Position numbers and translations under genes: made by a program
In this document: positions 48,149 through 57,941 of the stretch, piece by piece
Position numbering within the stretch: position 1 is the first letter of the stretch
Layout of the letters: each line of letters starts with the position of its first letter
Notes under the pieces: generated by a model
Told to the model about the DNA's origin: nothing
The model's input: only the letters and a program-made list of their open reading frames with translations
Databases searched by the model: none
Virus record (IMG/VR): IMGVR_UViG_3300025647_000030
Span: 3,941-67,940 of that record
DNA: 64,000 bases
Strand: one strand, 5' to 3'
Origin: a virus

Positions 48149-49738
48149 ATGGTTGATTTTTATAATGGTAATACCAATATTAAAAAAGCTGGTATAAAAA
48201 CAGGTTTTACATCTGATGAAATTAAAGAATATATTAAATGTAGGGATGATATTTTATATTTCACAAAGAACTATGTGAAAATAATTACACTTGATTATGG
48301 ATTGCAATTATTTCATCCATATGAATATCAAGAAAGAATGCTTGACGCATTTAATAATCATAGATTTGTTATCAATCTACTTCCAAGGCAGACCGGTAAA
48401 TCAACCATTGTAGCCGCTTATATTCTACACTATGCTATCTTCACTCCTGAAAAATCTATCGGTATCCTTGCAAACAAAGAAGCCACTGCTATTGAAATTC
48501 TTGATCGTATTAAAAGAATGTTTGAGAACTTGCCGCATTTTCTACAACCCGGAGTTAAAGAATACAACAAGAAAAATGTCAAGCTCGGAAATGATTCAAA
48601 TATTATGTCATTCGCAACAGGTTCCGATGCTGTACGTGGTAGATCATTTAACTTTGTTTATTTGGATGAATTTGCTTTTGTTGATAACGCCGATGAATTC
48701 TTTACATCAACCTATCCGGTAATTTCTTCGGGTAAATCTACAAAGGTTATTATTACTTCAACACCAAATGGAATGAATTTATTTTATAAAATATGGAGTG
48801 ATGCTAAAAAGGAAAGAAATTCATTTTTTCCACTAGAAGTTAAATGGAATGAACATCCCGACAGGGATGAGGAGTGGAGAGAAGAAACTATTAATAATAT
48901 TGGATTAAAAAAATTTAATCAAGAATTTAAATGTCAATTTCATGGCTCATCGGACACTTTATTGGATGGTAATGTTTTAACCTCATTAGTTTGGGAAGAT
49001 CCAATATTTCAAGATAATAATTTTTCAGTATATAGAAATATCGATAAAACACATAATTATATAATGACGGTTGATGTGTCCGAGGGAGTAGGTTTAGATT
49101 ATACTGTTATTAATATTACTGATGTTTCGGTTAATCCTTATGAACAGGTTGCTGTTTGGAGAAGTAATCAAATTGAACCGGTTATATTACCGGAAATATT
49201 AAATAATATTGCATATAAATATAATCAAGCATTTGTGTTAATAGAGACAAATTCCGTTGGTTCTCAGGTTGCCAATTTATTATATTCTGAATATGAATAT
49301 GAAAATGTCATTATAACTAAAATTGATAAATCCGATAATTTAGTTTCAGGTGGTTTTTCAAATAGAATTGATTATGGTTTAAGAATGACGAAAAAAACCA
49401 AAAATATTGGTTGCACAAATATTAAATCACTGATTGAGAACAATCTTTATAAAGTAAATGATTTTAATACTATAGAAGAATTACAATCATTCTCCAGAAA
49501 AAATAATTCTTTTCAGGCCGAAACCGGTAAACATGATGATATTGTTATGACTTTGGTTTCTTTTGGTTGGTTATCAACTCAGGACTATTTTTCGGAACTT
49601 ACACAGAATGATACTATAAAAATGCTAATTGAAAAAAGAAAGGAAGATATAGAAAATGAATTATTACCTGTTGGTTTTTATGATGATTCTATAGATTCAT
49701 TAGAAGATCGTGGATATCCTACAAATTTCATTTCTTAA
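48149..49738 (+). CDS. gp17: Terminase large subunit gp17
   Basis: Walker A PRQTGKST, Walker B VYLDEFAF, ITSTPNG, nuclease motifs VDVSEGVGLDY and HDDIVM. Confidence 0.97.
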   Translation: MVDFYNGNTNIKKAGIKTGFTSDEIKEYIKCRDDILYFTKNYVKIITLDYGLQLFHPYEYQERMLDAFNNHRFVINLLPRQTGKSTIVAAYILHYAIFTPEKSIGILANKEATAIEILDRIKRMFENLPHFLQPGVKEYNKKNVKLGNDSNIMSFATGSDAVRGRSFNFVYLDEFAFVDNADEFFTSTYPVISSGKSTKVIITSTPNGMNLFYKIWSDAKKERNSFFPLEVKWNEHPDRDEEWREETINNIGLKKFNQEFKCQFHGSSDTLLDGNVLTSLVWEDPIFQDNNFSVYRNIDKTHNYIMTVDVSEGVGLDYTVINITDVSVNPYEQVAVWRSNQIEPVILPEILNNIAYKYNQAFVLIETNSVGSQVANLLYSEYEYENVIITKIDKSDNLVSGGFSNRIDYGLRMTKKTKNIGCTNIKSLIENNLYKVNDFNTIEELQSFSRKNNSFQAETGKHDDIVMTLVSFGWLSTQDYFSELTQNDTIKMLIEKRKEDIENELLPVGFYDDSIDSLEDRGYPTNFIS

Positions 49739-49749
49739 AATTATTTATT

Positions 49750-49757
49750 TATAAATA
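49750..49757 (+). promoter_or_regulatory. Late promoter for gp18
   Basis: Intergenic TATAAATA followed by a TAGGAGA RBS. Confidence 0.85.
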
Positions 49758-49793
49758 TATGTAAAAATATACTACTATATAGGAGAAAAACAA

Positions 49794-51995
49794 ATGGGTT
49801 CAAAATTTCAACTGAGTCCGGGAGTAAATGTTTCTGAGGTAGATTTAACTGGTTACATTCCTTCTGTAGCAACAACCGGCGGTGCTGTTGTTGGTGCTTA
49901 TGAATGGGGTCCTGTTTTAGACTACACAATTGTTTCCGACTCAAAAAAATTAGAAGAAATTTTCGGAAAACCAACTGAAGATACTTATGTTGATTGGTTT
50001 ACTGCTTACAACTTTTTAGCATATTCCAATAACTGTAATGTTATTCGCGTTGTTGGTACTGGCGCATTGAATTCAAGTGACGATGGCGCTGGTGTTTTAA
50101 TTAAAAATGAAACACATTATACATCTGTTTTTGAATCAAACACTACCGTTAAATTTGCCGCAAAATATGCCGGCGAAAAAGGTGATTCTATAGAAGTTCA
50201 CATTGCTGATTCTGCAACATTTACTGGATGGACTTATGAAAATCTTTTCGACGGCGCTCCGGGCACTTCAACATTCACCAGTGGAGTTGGTGGTTCAAAT
50301 GATGAAATTCATGTTGTTGTAGTTGATGCCGGTGGTAAATTCACAGGTGTACCAAATACAGTACTTGAGAAATTTTCTTATCTGTCTAAAGCAAACGATG
50401 GTAAATCAGAAGATGGCGGTCCTAACTTCTATGGTTCTGTTCTTAACAAAGAATCAAGTTATGTTTGGTGGTTGGATACTCCTGCTGAAACCGACTATGC
50501 TTCAAATGGTGCAATTACTGCTATTGCTGTTGATTTGGCTGGTTCTGGTTATGAAACAGCTCCAACTGTAACTATTACTGGTGATGGTGCCGATGCTACT
50601 GCTACTGCTGTTTTATCTTCAACCGGTTCTGCCGTTGATATTACTGTAGATGCGGCTGGTACTGGATATGCAACGGGTGATAGTGTTAGTATTACTGGAA
50701 ATGGCGGTACTGTTACTGGTACTGTTACAGACGATGGTGCTGGCGGTATACAGAGTATTTCAATTGATGATGCCGGTTCAGGTTTTACTGGTGATTTAAC
50801 TGGTGCAACAGTTACGGCTGTTACTGGAACTGGTAATGATGATGCAACTGCTGATGTAACTATTGGTTATTCTGTTTCTTCAATAACTGTTGATACTGAT
50901 GGTGCTAACTACGTTTCAGGTACTACAACAGTAACAATTGATGATACAACATATGGTTCTGGTGCTACTGCTACTGCTACTGTTGAAGCGGATACTGGTG
51001 TTGAATGGAACAATGTTTCATTGAATAATACATTCAAATCCTTATCAAGTGATATTACATATTCATTAACTGGTGGTGATAACGGTGGTACTTTAGTTGC
51101 CGGTGATATTACAGCTGGATGGGATATGTTTAAAAACGCAGAAGTTGTTGATGTATCTTTACTCATTCTGGGTAATGCGGGTGGTGATACACTATTAGAA
51201 ACTGTTATTGAACATGTTATTTCAAATGTTGCCGAAACTCGTAAAGATTGTGTTGCATTCTTCTCACCAAAACGTTCCGATGTTGTTAATGTTGAAGAAT
51301 CGCAGGCGGCTGAAAATGCAATTACAACTAAAAATAATATTGCTCTTTCAACTTCATATGCATTTATGGATTCTGGTTGGAAATATCAGTATGATGCTTA
51401 TAATGATAAGTATCGTTGGTTGCCATTAAATGCTGATGTTGCAGGCGCAACTGCTAGATCGGACTATATGGCTGATCCTTGGTGGTCACCTGCTGGATAT
51501 ACCAGAGGTCAGATCAAAAATGTTATTAAGTTGGCTATTAATCCATCTAAAACTTACCGTGATGAACTTTATAAAAACAATATCAACCCAATCGTTTCAT
51601 TTAAGGGTGAAGGTGTTGTATTGTACGGTGATAGAACATTATTGGCTAAACCATCTGCATTCCAGAAATTGAATGTTCGTAGATTGTTTATTGTTCTTGA
51701 GAAAGCAATTGCTAAAGCATCAAAATATCTGTTGTTCGAATTCAATGATGCATTCACAAGAGCGCAGTTTGTAAATATGACAGAACCATACTTACGCGAA
51801 GTAAAAGGTCGTCGCGGTATATACGACTTCAGAGTTATTTGTGATGAATCAAATAACACCGGAGAAGTTATTGATCGTTCCGAATTTGTTGGTGATATTT
51901 ACATCAAACCTGCACAATCAATCAACTTCATACAACTTAACTTTGTTGCTGTTCGAACAGGTGTGGAATTTGAAGAAGTGGTTGGTCGTTTTTAA
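49794..51995 (+). CDS. gp18: Tail sheath protein gp18
   Basis: LSPGVNVSEVDLT, WGPV, RKDCVAFFSP, WWSPAGYTRG, NVRRLFI, FEFNDAFTR, YIKPAQSINFIQLNFVAVRTG. Confidence 0.97.
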   Translation: MGSKFQLSPGVNVSEVDLTGYIPSVATTGGAVVGAYEWGPVLDYTIVSDSKKLEEIFGKPTEDTYVDWFTAYNFLAYSNNCNVIRVVGTGALNSSDDGAGVLIKNETHYTSVFESNTTVKFAAKYAGEKGDSIEVHIADSATFTGWTYENLFDGAPGTSTFTSGVGGSNDEIHVVVVDAGGKFTGVPNTVLEKFSYLSKANDGKSEDGGPNFYGSVLNKESSYVWWLDTPAETDYASNGAITAIAVDLAGSGYETAPTVTITGDGADATATAVLSSTGSAVDITVDAAGTGYATGDSVSITGNGGTVTGTVTDDGAGGIQSISIDDAGSGFTGDLTGATVTAVTGTGNDDATADVTIGYSVSSITVDTDGANYVSGTTTVTIDDTTYGSGATATATVEADTGVEWNNVSLNNTFKSLSSDITYSLTGGDNGGTLVAGDITAGWDMFKNAEVVDVSLLILGNAGGDTLLETVIEHVISNVAETRKDCVAFFSPKRSDVVNVEESQAAENAITTKNNIALSTSYAFMDSGWKYQYDAYNDKYRWLPLNADVAGATARSDYMADPWWSPAGYTRGQIKNVIKLAINPSKTYRDELYKNNINPIVSFKGEGVVLYGDRTLLAKPSAFQKLNVRRLFIVLEKAIAKASKYLLFEFNDAFTRAQFVNMTEPYLREVKGRRGIYDFRVICDESNNTGEVIDRSEFVGDIYIKPAQSINFIQLNFVAVRTGVEFEEVVGRF

Positions 51996-52023
51996 TAAAT
52001 AAATAGAAATTTTAAAAAATAAT

Positions 52024-52051
52024 TTTAGTGGAGTGTAAAAACTCCACTAAA
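52024..52051. other. Intergenic 11-bp hairpin between gp18 and gp19 (RNA stability/processing element or weak terminator)
   Basis: TTTAGTGGAGT-GTAAAA-ACTCCACTAAA; no U-tract follows on the + strand. Confidence 0.7.
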
Positions 52052-52077
52052 TAAAAATAAAAGATTAGGAGAAAAAA

Positions 52078-52614
52078 ATGGCAGAAATAGTCAACGTAGA
52101 TAGTTTTGTAGCGCAGTTTAATGGCGGCGGCGCAAGACCTAATCTCTATAAAGTTGAATTGTTTTTCCCTCTAGGAATTGACGCAGGTGATAACTTAAAA
52201 CGCTCAATGCTTTGCAAAGCAGCCTCTTTACCTGAATCAACAATGGGTCAAACAATCGTACCATTCATGGGTAGACAGATCAAGATTGCGGGTGATAAAA
52301 CATTTGCTGATTGGACTGTAACCATGATAAATGATACCGACTTTTCAACTCGTAGAGCATTTGAACAGTGGCACCATGCAATTAACACATTTGAGGGTAA
52401 TGAGGGTTTAACTAATCCATCTGATTATTATTCCGATATTGTTGTTAAACAGTTAAATCGTAATGGTGATGTTATATACAAATATAAGTTATATAACTGT
52501 TTCCCTGTTTCGGTTGGTGATATAACTTTAGGTTATGATCAGAATGATACTGTAGAAGAATTTACAGTTACATTCTCAATGAACTATTTCACTTCAGACG
52601 GCGCGCCGGATTAA
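52078..52614 (+). CDS. gp19: Tail tube protein gp19
   Basis: GGARPNLYKV, CKAASLP, VPFMGRQIKIAGDKTFADWTVTMINDTDF, VEEFTVTF. Confidence 0.96.
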   Translation: MAEIVNVDSFVAQFNGGGARPNLYKVELFFPLGIDAGDNLKRSMLCKAASLPESTMGQTIVPFMGRQIKIAGDKTFADWTVTMINDTDFSTRRAFEQWHHAINTFEGNEGLTNPSDYYSDIVVKQLNRNGDVIYKYKLYNCFPVSVGDITLGYDQNDTVEEFTVTFSMNYFTSDGAPD

Positions 52615-52617
52615 GTG

Positions 52618-52625
52618 TATAAATA
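52618..52625 (+). promoter_or_regulatory. Late promoter for gp20, overlapping the gp19 terminator
   Basis: TATAAATA. Confidence 0.7.
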
Positions 52626-52658
52626 CTTCCATTGAAAGATGGAAGTATTTTTTCTTTT
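52621..52658 (+). terminator. Rho-independent terminator after gp19
   Basis: AAATACTTCCAT-TGAAAG-ATGGAAGTATTT followed by TTTCTTTT. Confidence 0.8.
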
Positions 52659-52690
52659 ATATTATTAATTTTACTGTCAGGAAACACTGA

Positions 52691-54307
52691 ATGGATATTT
52701 TTAGCATTTTTAAATCGAAAGACAAAAAAGATGGTGGTATAACTTTTGTTAAACCAAGTAGTGATGATGGAGCTATTGACATTGATGTTGGTGGTTTTGA
52801 TCATGCTGCTCAAATTTTACATTCTTTTGATTTAGATAGAATACCAACGAATGAATACGAATTGCTTTCTATTTATAGAAATATGTCCTTACATCAAGAA
52901 ATTGATCAGGCTATTCAGGAAATTTGTAATGATGCTATCATATCCGATAATGGTGTTTCAGTAGAAATAAGTTTATATGATGTGGACTTATCCGATAATA
53001 TAAAAGAAAAAATAATTGATGAATTTAATTATATTTTAAAATTGTTGAAATTTAAATCAAAGGGTTATAATATATTTACTCGCTGGTATATTGATGGTAA
53101 AATTATATATCATAAGGTTATTGATAAATCCGGTAAAGGTATTGTAGATTTACTTCCTATTGATCCATTGTATATTAAACTTATTAGAGAACATATTGTA
53201 CAGAAAAATTCTAGTATGTTTGAATTGGAACTTTACGATACAACTAAATCAAAAGAATATTTTATCTATTCAAAGGTTCCTTTAAATAGTAAAGATATGA
53301 GTGGTAATGAGCAATTGGTTAAAAATGGTGTTAAAATACCAAGGGATGCTATTGCTTATGTTACATCTGGAGTTACCGATGAAACCGGTAAGGCAGTATT
53401 ATCATATCTTTATAAATCAATTAAGCCTTGGAATAATTTAAAATTAATGGAAGATTCGGTTGTTATCTATAGGGTAACAAGGGCACCTGAACGTAGAGCA
53501 TTTTATATTGATGTTGGTAACTTACCAAAAGGTAAGGCTGAACAATATCTTAAAGATATTATGAATAGATTTAAGAATAAAATTGTTTATGATGCATCAA
53601 CTGGTACAGTAAATCAACAAAAGAAATTTCAGGCAATGATTGAAGATTATTGGTTGCCTCGTAGGGAAGGTGGCCGCGGTACTGAAATAGATTTACTTCA
53701 GGGCGGACAACAGCTGGGTGAAATTGATGATGTTAACTATTTTAAGGATAAACTATATCGTTCTTTGAATGTTCCATTATCACGTTTCCAACAAGATTCT
53801 TCTTCTTTCAATTTAGGTAGAACTTCTGAAATTACTAGGGATGAAGTTAAGTTTTCTAAATTTATTAATAGATTAAGAGTGCGTTTTTCTCAATTGTTTG
53901 AAGATATATTGAAAACACAACTTATACTCAAGAAAATAATTACAGAAGATGAATGGAATGAAATACGTGATGAAATTTCTTTTGATTTTACCGAAGATAA
54001 TTATTTCTCAGAATTTAAAGAAATTGAAATTTTAAGAGAAAGAATAGAAACCTTTTCGTTAATGCAACAAGCTGATATGATTGGTACATATTATTCAAAT
54101 GAATATATTAAACGAGAAATTCTTAAATTAAGTGAAGGGGAAATTGAAAAGTTAAGGGATGAAATCGACAATGAGCGCGAAGAAGATCCAGAAGGAGAAT
54201 ATTTGCCGCAAAATGTGGACTCTAATCAAGAACCACCTAAAGTCGAAGAACCTGAAGTTGAAACACCAAAACCTGAAAATAAAGATAGTGAGGAAGAAAA
54301 TGAGTGA
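52691..54307 (+). CDS. gp20: Portal protein gp20
   Basis: WYIDGK, LMEDSVVIYRVTRAPERRAFYIDVGNLPKGKAEQYL, EDYWLPRREGGRGTEI, EITRDEVKFSKFI. Confidence 0.98.
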   Translation: MDIFSIFKSKDKKDGGITFVKPSSDDGAIDIDVGGFDHAAQILHSFDLDRIPTNEYELLSIYRNMSLHQEIDQAIQEICNDAIISDNGVSVEISLYDVDLSDNIKEKIIDEFNYILKLLKFKSKGYNIFTRWYIDGKIIYHKVIDKSGKGIVDLLPIDPLYIKLIREHIVQKNSSMFELELYDTTKSKEYFIYSKVPLNSKDMSGNEQLVKNGVKIPRDAIAYVTSGVTDETGKAVLSYLYKSIKPWNNLKLMEDSVVIYRVTRAPERRAFYIDVGNLPKGKAEQYLKDIMNRFKNKIVYDASTGTVNQQKKFQAMIEDYWLPRREGGRGTEIDLLQGGQQLGEIDDVNYFKDKLYRSLNVPLSRFQQDSSSFNLGRTSEITRDEVKFSKFINRLRVRFSQLFEDILKTQLILKKIITEDEWNEIRDEISFDFTEDNYFSEFKEIEILRERIETFSLMQQADMIGTYYSNEYIKREILKLSEGEIEKLRDEIDNEREEDPEGEYLPQNVDSNQEPPKVEEPEVETPKPENKDSEEENE

Positions 54308-54482
54308 TGATAAAGAATATACTGATGTTGAAAATATTATAAGAAATTCTATTGAAGAAAATCCAAGTGCGGTTGCTGATTCATTTAAATCTGTTATTGG
54401 AGTTAAAACTATGGAATTTATAAATAATAAAAGAGATGAAATTTCTTCAAATTATTTCACTAATACTGAAAGTGAGGAATAA
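54300..54482 (+). CDS. Small prohead core protein (gp67-like)
   Basis: ATG 54300 (MSDDKEY...), 60 aa, directly after the portal; synteny with T4 gp67. Confidence 0.6.
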   Translation: MSDDKEYTDVENIIRNSIEENPSAVADSFKSVIGVKTMEFINNKRDEISSNYFTNTESEE

Positions 54483-55159
54483 TGAAATTTAATAAATTCA
54501 AAGAAGATACTTTAGAAAAATTAAATACTAAAGTAATTGAAAAAATTTTAGAGATTAGAAGTATTATAATGGAAGATTATTATGATCTTCCGGAAGATTT
54601 TTTTGAAATGATGGGTGCAATTGATTTTAATGATTTTGATGATCATTTATCTGTTGTTTTTGATAATAAAGAATCATTGGATTTATGTATTAGAAACTTA
54701 CCTGATGATATTGATTATGATGTTTTTTTCTATGATGGAAACGATGAAACCGAGTATGAAGATGTAGAACAATTTGAAAATGATCCAATAGATATTAATA
54801 ATATTGATTTTAATGAAGATGATTGGTATGAACTGGTTATTTATTTTGAAGATGAGGAAGAAGAACTTGATGAAGCTAATCAAAGTGAAAAGGGTTCTGG
54901 ATTAAAAAGACGAGTTTCCTTTTCAAAATATAAAAAAGGTGGAAAATTAGTTTCAAAAAGGCAAAGACGGCGCGCTGGTAAAATATCAAAAGGTGTCGGC
55001 AAAGGATATAAAGCAAAAGGTGCCGGTTGGAAAATTAAACAGCAACTTGCATCAAGAAAAAGAAAAATTTCTAAACGTCAAAATGTAAGAGCGCAAAATA
55101 TTGGTAAACGTTTAGCTAAAAAATCAAAACTAATAAGAAAAAGACTTGGATATAAGTAG
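54482..55159 (+). CDS. Prohead core/internal protein (gp68 position), acidic N-part and very basic C-part
   Basis: Between portal and gp21; ELDEA junction followed by a K/R-rich tail. Confidence 0.6.
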   Translation: MKFNKFKEDTLEKLNTKVIEKILEIRSIIMEDYYDLPEDFFEMMGAIDFNDFDDHLSVVFDNKESLDLCIRNLPDDIDYDVFFYDGNDETEYEDVEQFENDPIDINNIDFNEDDWYELVIYFEDEEEELDEANQSEKGSGLKRRVSFSKYKKGGKLVSKRQRRRAGKISKGVGKGYKAKGAGWKIKQQLASRKRKISKRQNVRAQNIGKRLAKKSKLIRKRLGYK

Positions 55160-55173
55160 ATAGGAGATAACCA

Positions 55174-55821
55174 ATGATATTCATTACAGAACAAGTGGAA
55201 CAGGTTGCTTCCATTATAGAAGAAGATACTAATGGTAAAAAGCAGATGTTCATTGAAGGTATCTTTTTACAGGATTCAGTTAAAAATAGAAATGGTAGAA
55301 TTTATCCTAAAGATGTTATGTCTGAAGCGGTATCTAGATATAAAACAGAATTTATAGATACAAAAAGATCAATTTCAGAATTAAATCATCCAACCACACC
55401 GCAGGTTAATCCAGAACGTGCAAGTCATATGATTACTGGACTTAAAGAAAGTGGTTCTGATTGGATAGGTAAAGCAAAGATTTTAAATACACCTATGGGT
55501 TCAATTGTTAGAAATTTAATTGAAGATGGAGTTTCAATGGGAGTTTCTTCTAGAGGTTTAGGTGCTGTTAAAGAATCAAATGGCGCTAATGTAGTTCAAA
55601 ATGGTTTCTATATTACGGCTATTGATGTTGTTTCTGATCCTTCTGCACCAGATGCATTTATAAATGGCATCATGGAAAATAAAGAATGGATTTTTGAAAA
55701 CGGTATTCTCGTTGAACGTGAAATTGAACAGGTACAAGAAATAGTTAATAAGGGTTCAATGGGTATGGATAATTCGGAACTACATAAAAAACTGTTTGAA
55801 TGTATCTTAAAAAACATTTAA
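55174..55821 (+). CDS. gp21: Prohead protease gp21
   Basis: IEGIFLQ...KNRNGRIYP, ELNHP, GVSSRGLG, DVVSDPSAPDAF. Confidence 0.97.
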   Translation: MIFITEQVEQVASIIEEDTNGKKQMFIEGIFLQDSVKNRNGRIYPKDVMSEAVSRYKTEFIDTKRSISELNHPTTPQVNPERASHMITGLKESGSDWIGKAKILNTPMGSIVRNLIEDGVSMGVSSRGLGAVKESNGANVVQNGFYITAIDVVSDPSAPDAFINGIMENKEWIFENGILVEREIEQVQEIVNKGSMGMDNSELHKKLFECILKNI

Positions 55822-55840
55822 CTTGATGAATTTATAATTT

Positions 55841-55848
55841 TATAAATA
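55841..55848 (+). promoter_or_regulatory. Late promoter for gp22
   Basis: Intergenic TATAAATA plus TAGGAGA RBS. Confidence 0.85.
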
Positions 55849-55874
55849 TACAAAAATATATTAGGAGAAAAAAA

Positions 55875-56564
55875 ATGTCTGAACTTTTAGAAGAAATTTC
55901 CGTTTTGTTTGAGGGAATGGAAGTTAGCGATGAACAAAAAGAAAAATTCCAGACTAATTTGGAAGCCGTGATTTCAGAAAAAGTTTCTGCTTATAAAGCC
56001 GAAATTAGTGCTGAAAACGAAGCGGTAATTGCCGAAGCAGTTGAGGAAAAAACTAAAGAACTTACTGAGAAAGTTGATGATTATCTGTCATATGTTGTTG
56101 AAGAATGGGCGGAAGAAAATCGTCTGGCTATCGAATTTGGTATCAAGATGGAACTGATGGAATCATTCATGGAAAGCATGAAAAACGTATTTGTTGAGCA
56201 TTACGTTGAAGTACCCGAAGGTAAAGAAGATGTTGTTTCTGCCGCTGAAACAAAGGTTGCTGAACTTACTGGCGATCTCAATGAAGCGATTGAAGAAAAC
56301 ATTAAGCTGAAGAAACAGATCCGTGAAAGCAAGAAAAATCAGATTATTGCTGATGCAACTTCCGATTTAACCGAATCTCAGAAAGAAAAATTTGCTGGTT
56401 TAGTTGAAGATTTAGATGCAAGCGATATTGGTGTTTTTGAAAAGAAAGTCAAAACCATCCGTGAATCATTTTTCAAGTCTGAAAAGTCCAATGAAGTAAA
56501 TGATGAAGAAAAGAGCGTAGAAAGTAAAAGCACTAAAATGTCTGCTTACTTAGATGCGTTATAA
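55875..56564 (+). CDS. gp22: Prohead scaffold/core protein gp22
   Basis: KVDDYLSYVVEEW.EENRLAIE.GIK.EL.ESF...FVEHYVEVPE.K.D; LTESQKEKF; ends MSAYLDAL. Confidence 0.93.
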   Translation: MSELLEEISVLFEGMEVSDEQKEKFQTNLEAVISEKVSAYKAEISAENEAVIAEAVEEKTKELTEKVDDYLSYVVEEWAEENRLAIEFGIKMELMESFMESMKNVFVEHYVEVPEGKEDVVSAAETKVAELTGDLNEAIEENIKLKKQIRESKKNQIIADATSDLTESQKEKFAGLVEDLDASDIGVFEKKVKTIRESFFKSEKSNEVNDEEKSVESKSTKMSAYLDAL

Positions 56565-56575
56565 AAACCAATTTT

Positions 56576-56583
56576 TATAAATA
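56576..56583 (+). promoter_or_regulatory. Late promoter for gp23
   Basis: Intergenic TATAAATA plus TAGGAGA RBS. Confidence 0.88.
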
Positions 56584-56611
56584 TACATAAAAATATAATA
56601 GGAGAATTAAA

Positions 56612-57847
56612 ATGAGTCAAACATTAGATGTTCTACTTGAAAAATGGGATGCTGTTTTGGAATCCGAAAAAGTAGAAAAAATTTCTGATCACTATAAGAA
56701 GAAAGTAACCGCACAGTTACTTGAAAACCAGGAAAAATTCCTGAAAGAAGCCGGCGAACCATCTACATCCGTTACTGCTGGTGGTGTTGATAACTACGAT
56801 CCGATCCTGATTTCTCTGGTTCGTCGTATGGCACCTAAAATGATCGCTTATGATGTATGTGGCGTACAGCCTATGTCAGGTCCTACCGGTCTGGTATTCG
56901 CAATGCGTTCTAAGTACAATGATAATGCCGATCCTAAGTTAGCTACAGAAGCACTTCTGGCCGCTAACGCCACTGGTGAAAACAACGTTGATACTGCTTA
57001 CTCCGGTACTGGCACTCACACATCAACCGATCCGTTTGATGTTGCTTTCTCAACTGGTCTTGGTCTTGATACTGCCGATGCAGAAGGTACAACCAACTGG
57101 AATGAAATGACATTCACAATTGATCGTACTGATGTTTCTGCTAAAGCCCGTCAGCTTAAAGCATCCTACTCAATGGAAATCGCACAGGACATGAAGGCAA
57201 TTCATGGTCTGGATGCTGAACAGGAACTTACTACTATCCTTTCAACTGAAATCATGACTGAAATCAACCGCGAAGTTGTTCGTAAAATCTACTCATCTGC
57301 TAAAGCAGGTGCTGCTTTTGCTACGAATGCGGGTGTTTTCGATCTTACTGCTGATGCTGATGGTCGTTGGTCTGTTGAAAAGTTCAAAGGTCTGATTTTT
57401 GCCATTGAACGTGATGCAAACGCAATTGCTCTGGATACAAAACGTGGTAAAGGCAACTTCATCATCTGTTCTTCAGATGTTGCTTCCGCTCTGTCTCTGG
57501 CTGGTAAACTTGATTCTGCGGCTGCATTGCAGAATAACGTTGATGTTGATCCTGCTGGTGCTACCTTTGCTGGTTCTATGATGAATGGTCGCGTAAAAGT
57601 ATATGTTGATCCATATGTAACTGTAGATTTCTACACTGTTGGTTACAAAGGTCAAAACGCATATGACGCCGGCTTCTTCTACTGCCCATACGTTCCATTG
57701 CAGTTAGTTAAAGCTGTTAATCAGGATACCTTCCAGCCAATTATCGGTTTCAAAACCCGTTATGGTATGGTTGCTAATCCATTCACTTCACTGAATGACC
57801 GTGCGAATTCTTACTACCGCATTGTTAATGTTCAGAACCTTCAGTAA
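56612..57847 (+). CDS. gp23: Major capsid protein gp23
   Basis: LLENQE, DPILISLVRR, CGVQPMSGPTGLVFAMR, AQDMKAIHGLDAEQEL, DAGFFYCPYVPL, FQPIIGFKTRYG. Confidence 0.98.
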   Translation: MSQTLDVLLEKWDAVLESEKVEKISDHYKKKVTAQLLENQEKFLKEAGEPSTSVTAGGVDNYDPILISLVRRMAPKMIAYDVCGVQPMSGPTGLVFAMRSKYNDNADPKLATEALLAANATGENNVDTAYSGTGTHTSTDPFDVAFSTGLGLDTADAEGTTNWNEMTFTIDRTDVSAKARQLKASYSMEIAQDMKAIHGLDAEQELTTILSTEIMTEINREVVRKIYSSAKAGAAFATNAGVFDLTADADGRWSVEKFKGLIFAIERDANAIALDTKRGKGNFIICSSDVASALSLAGKLDSAAALQNNVDVDPAGATFAGSMMNGRVKVYVDPYVTVDFYTVGYKGQNAYDAGFFYCPYVPLQLVKAVNQDTFQPIIGFKTRYGMVANPFTSLNDRANSYYRIVNVQNLQ

Positions 57848-57879
57848 TAATTATAATAATAATTAACTGAAAATTAATT

Positions 57880-57906
57880 GGGGACTCTTCGGAGTCCCCT
57901 TTTTTT
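57880..57906 (+). terminator. Rho-independent terminator after gp23 with C(UUCG)G loop
   Basis: GGGGACTC-TTCG-GAGTCCCC followed by T7. Confidence 0.95.
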
Positions 57907-57941
57907 ATGGGTGATAAATAATATTATGGAGGTATATCAAT

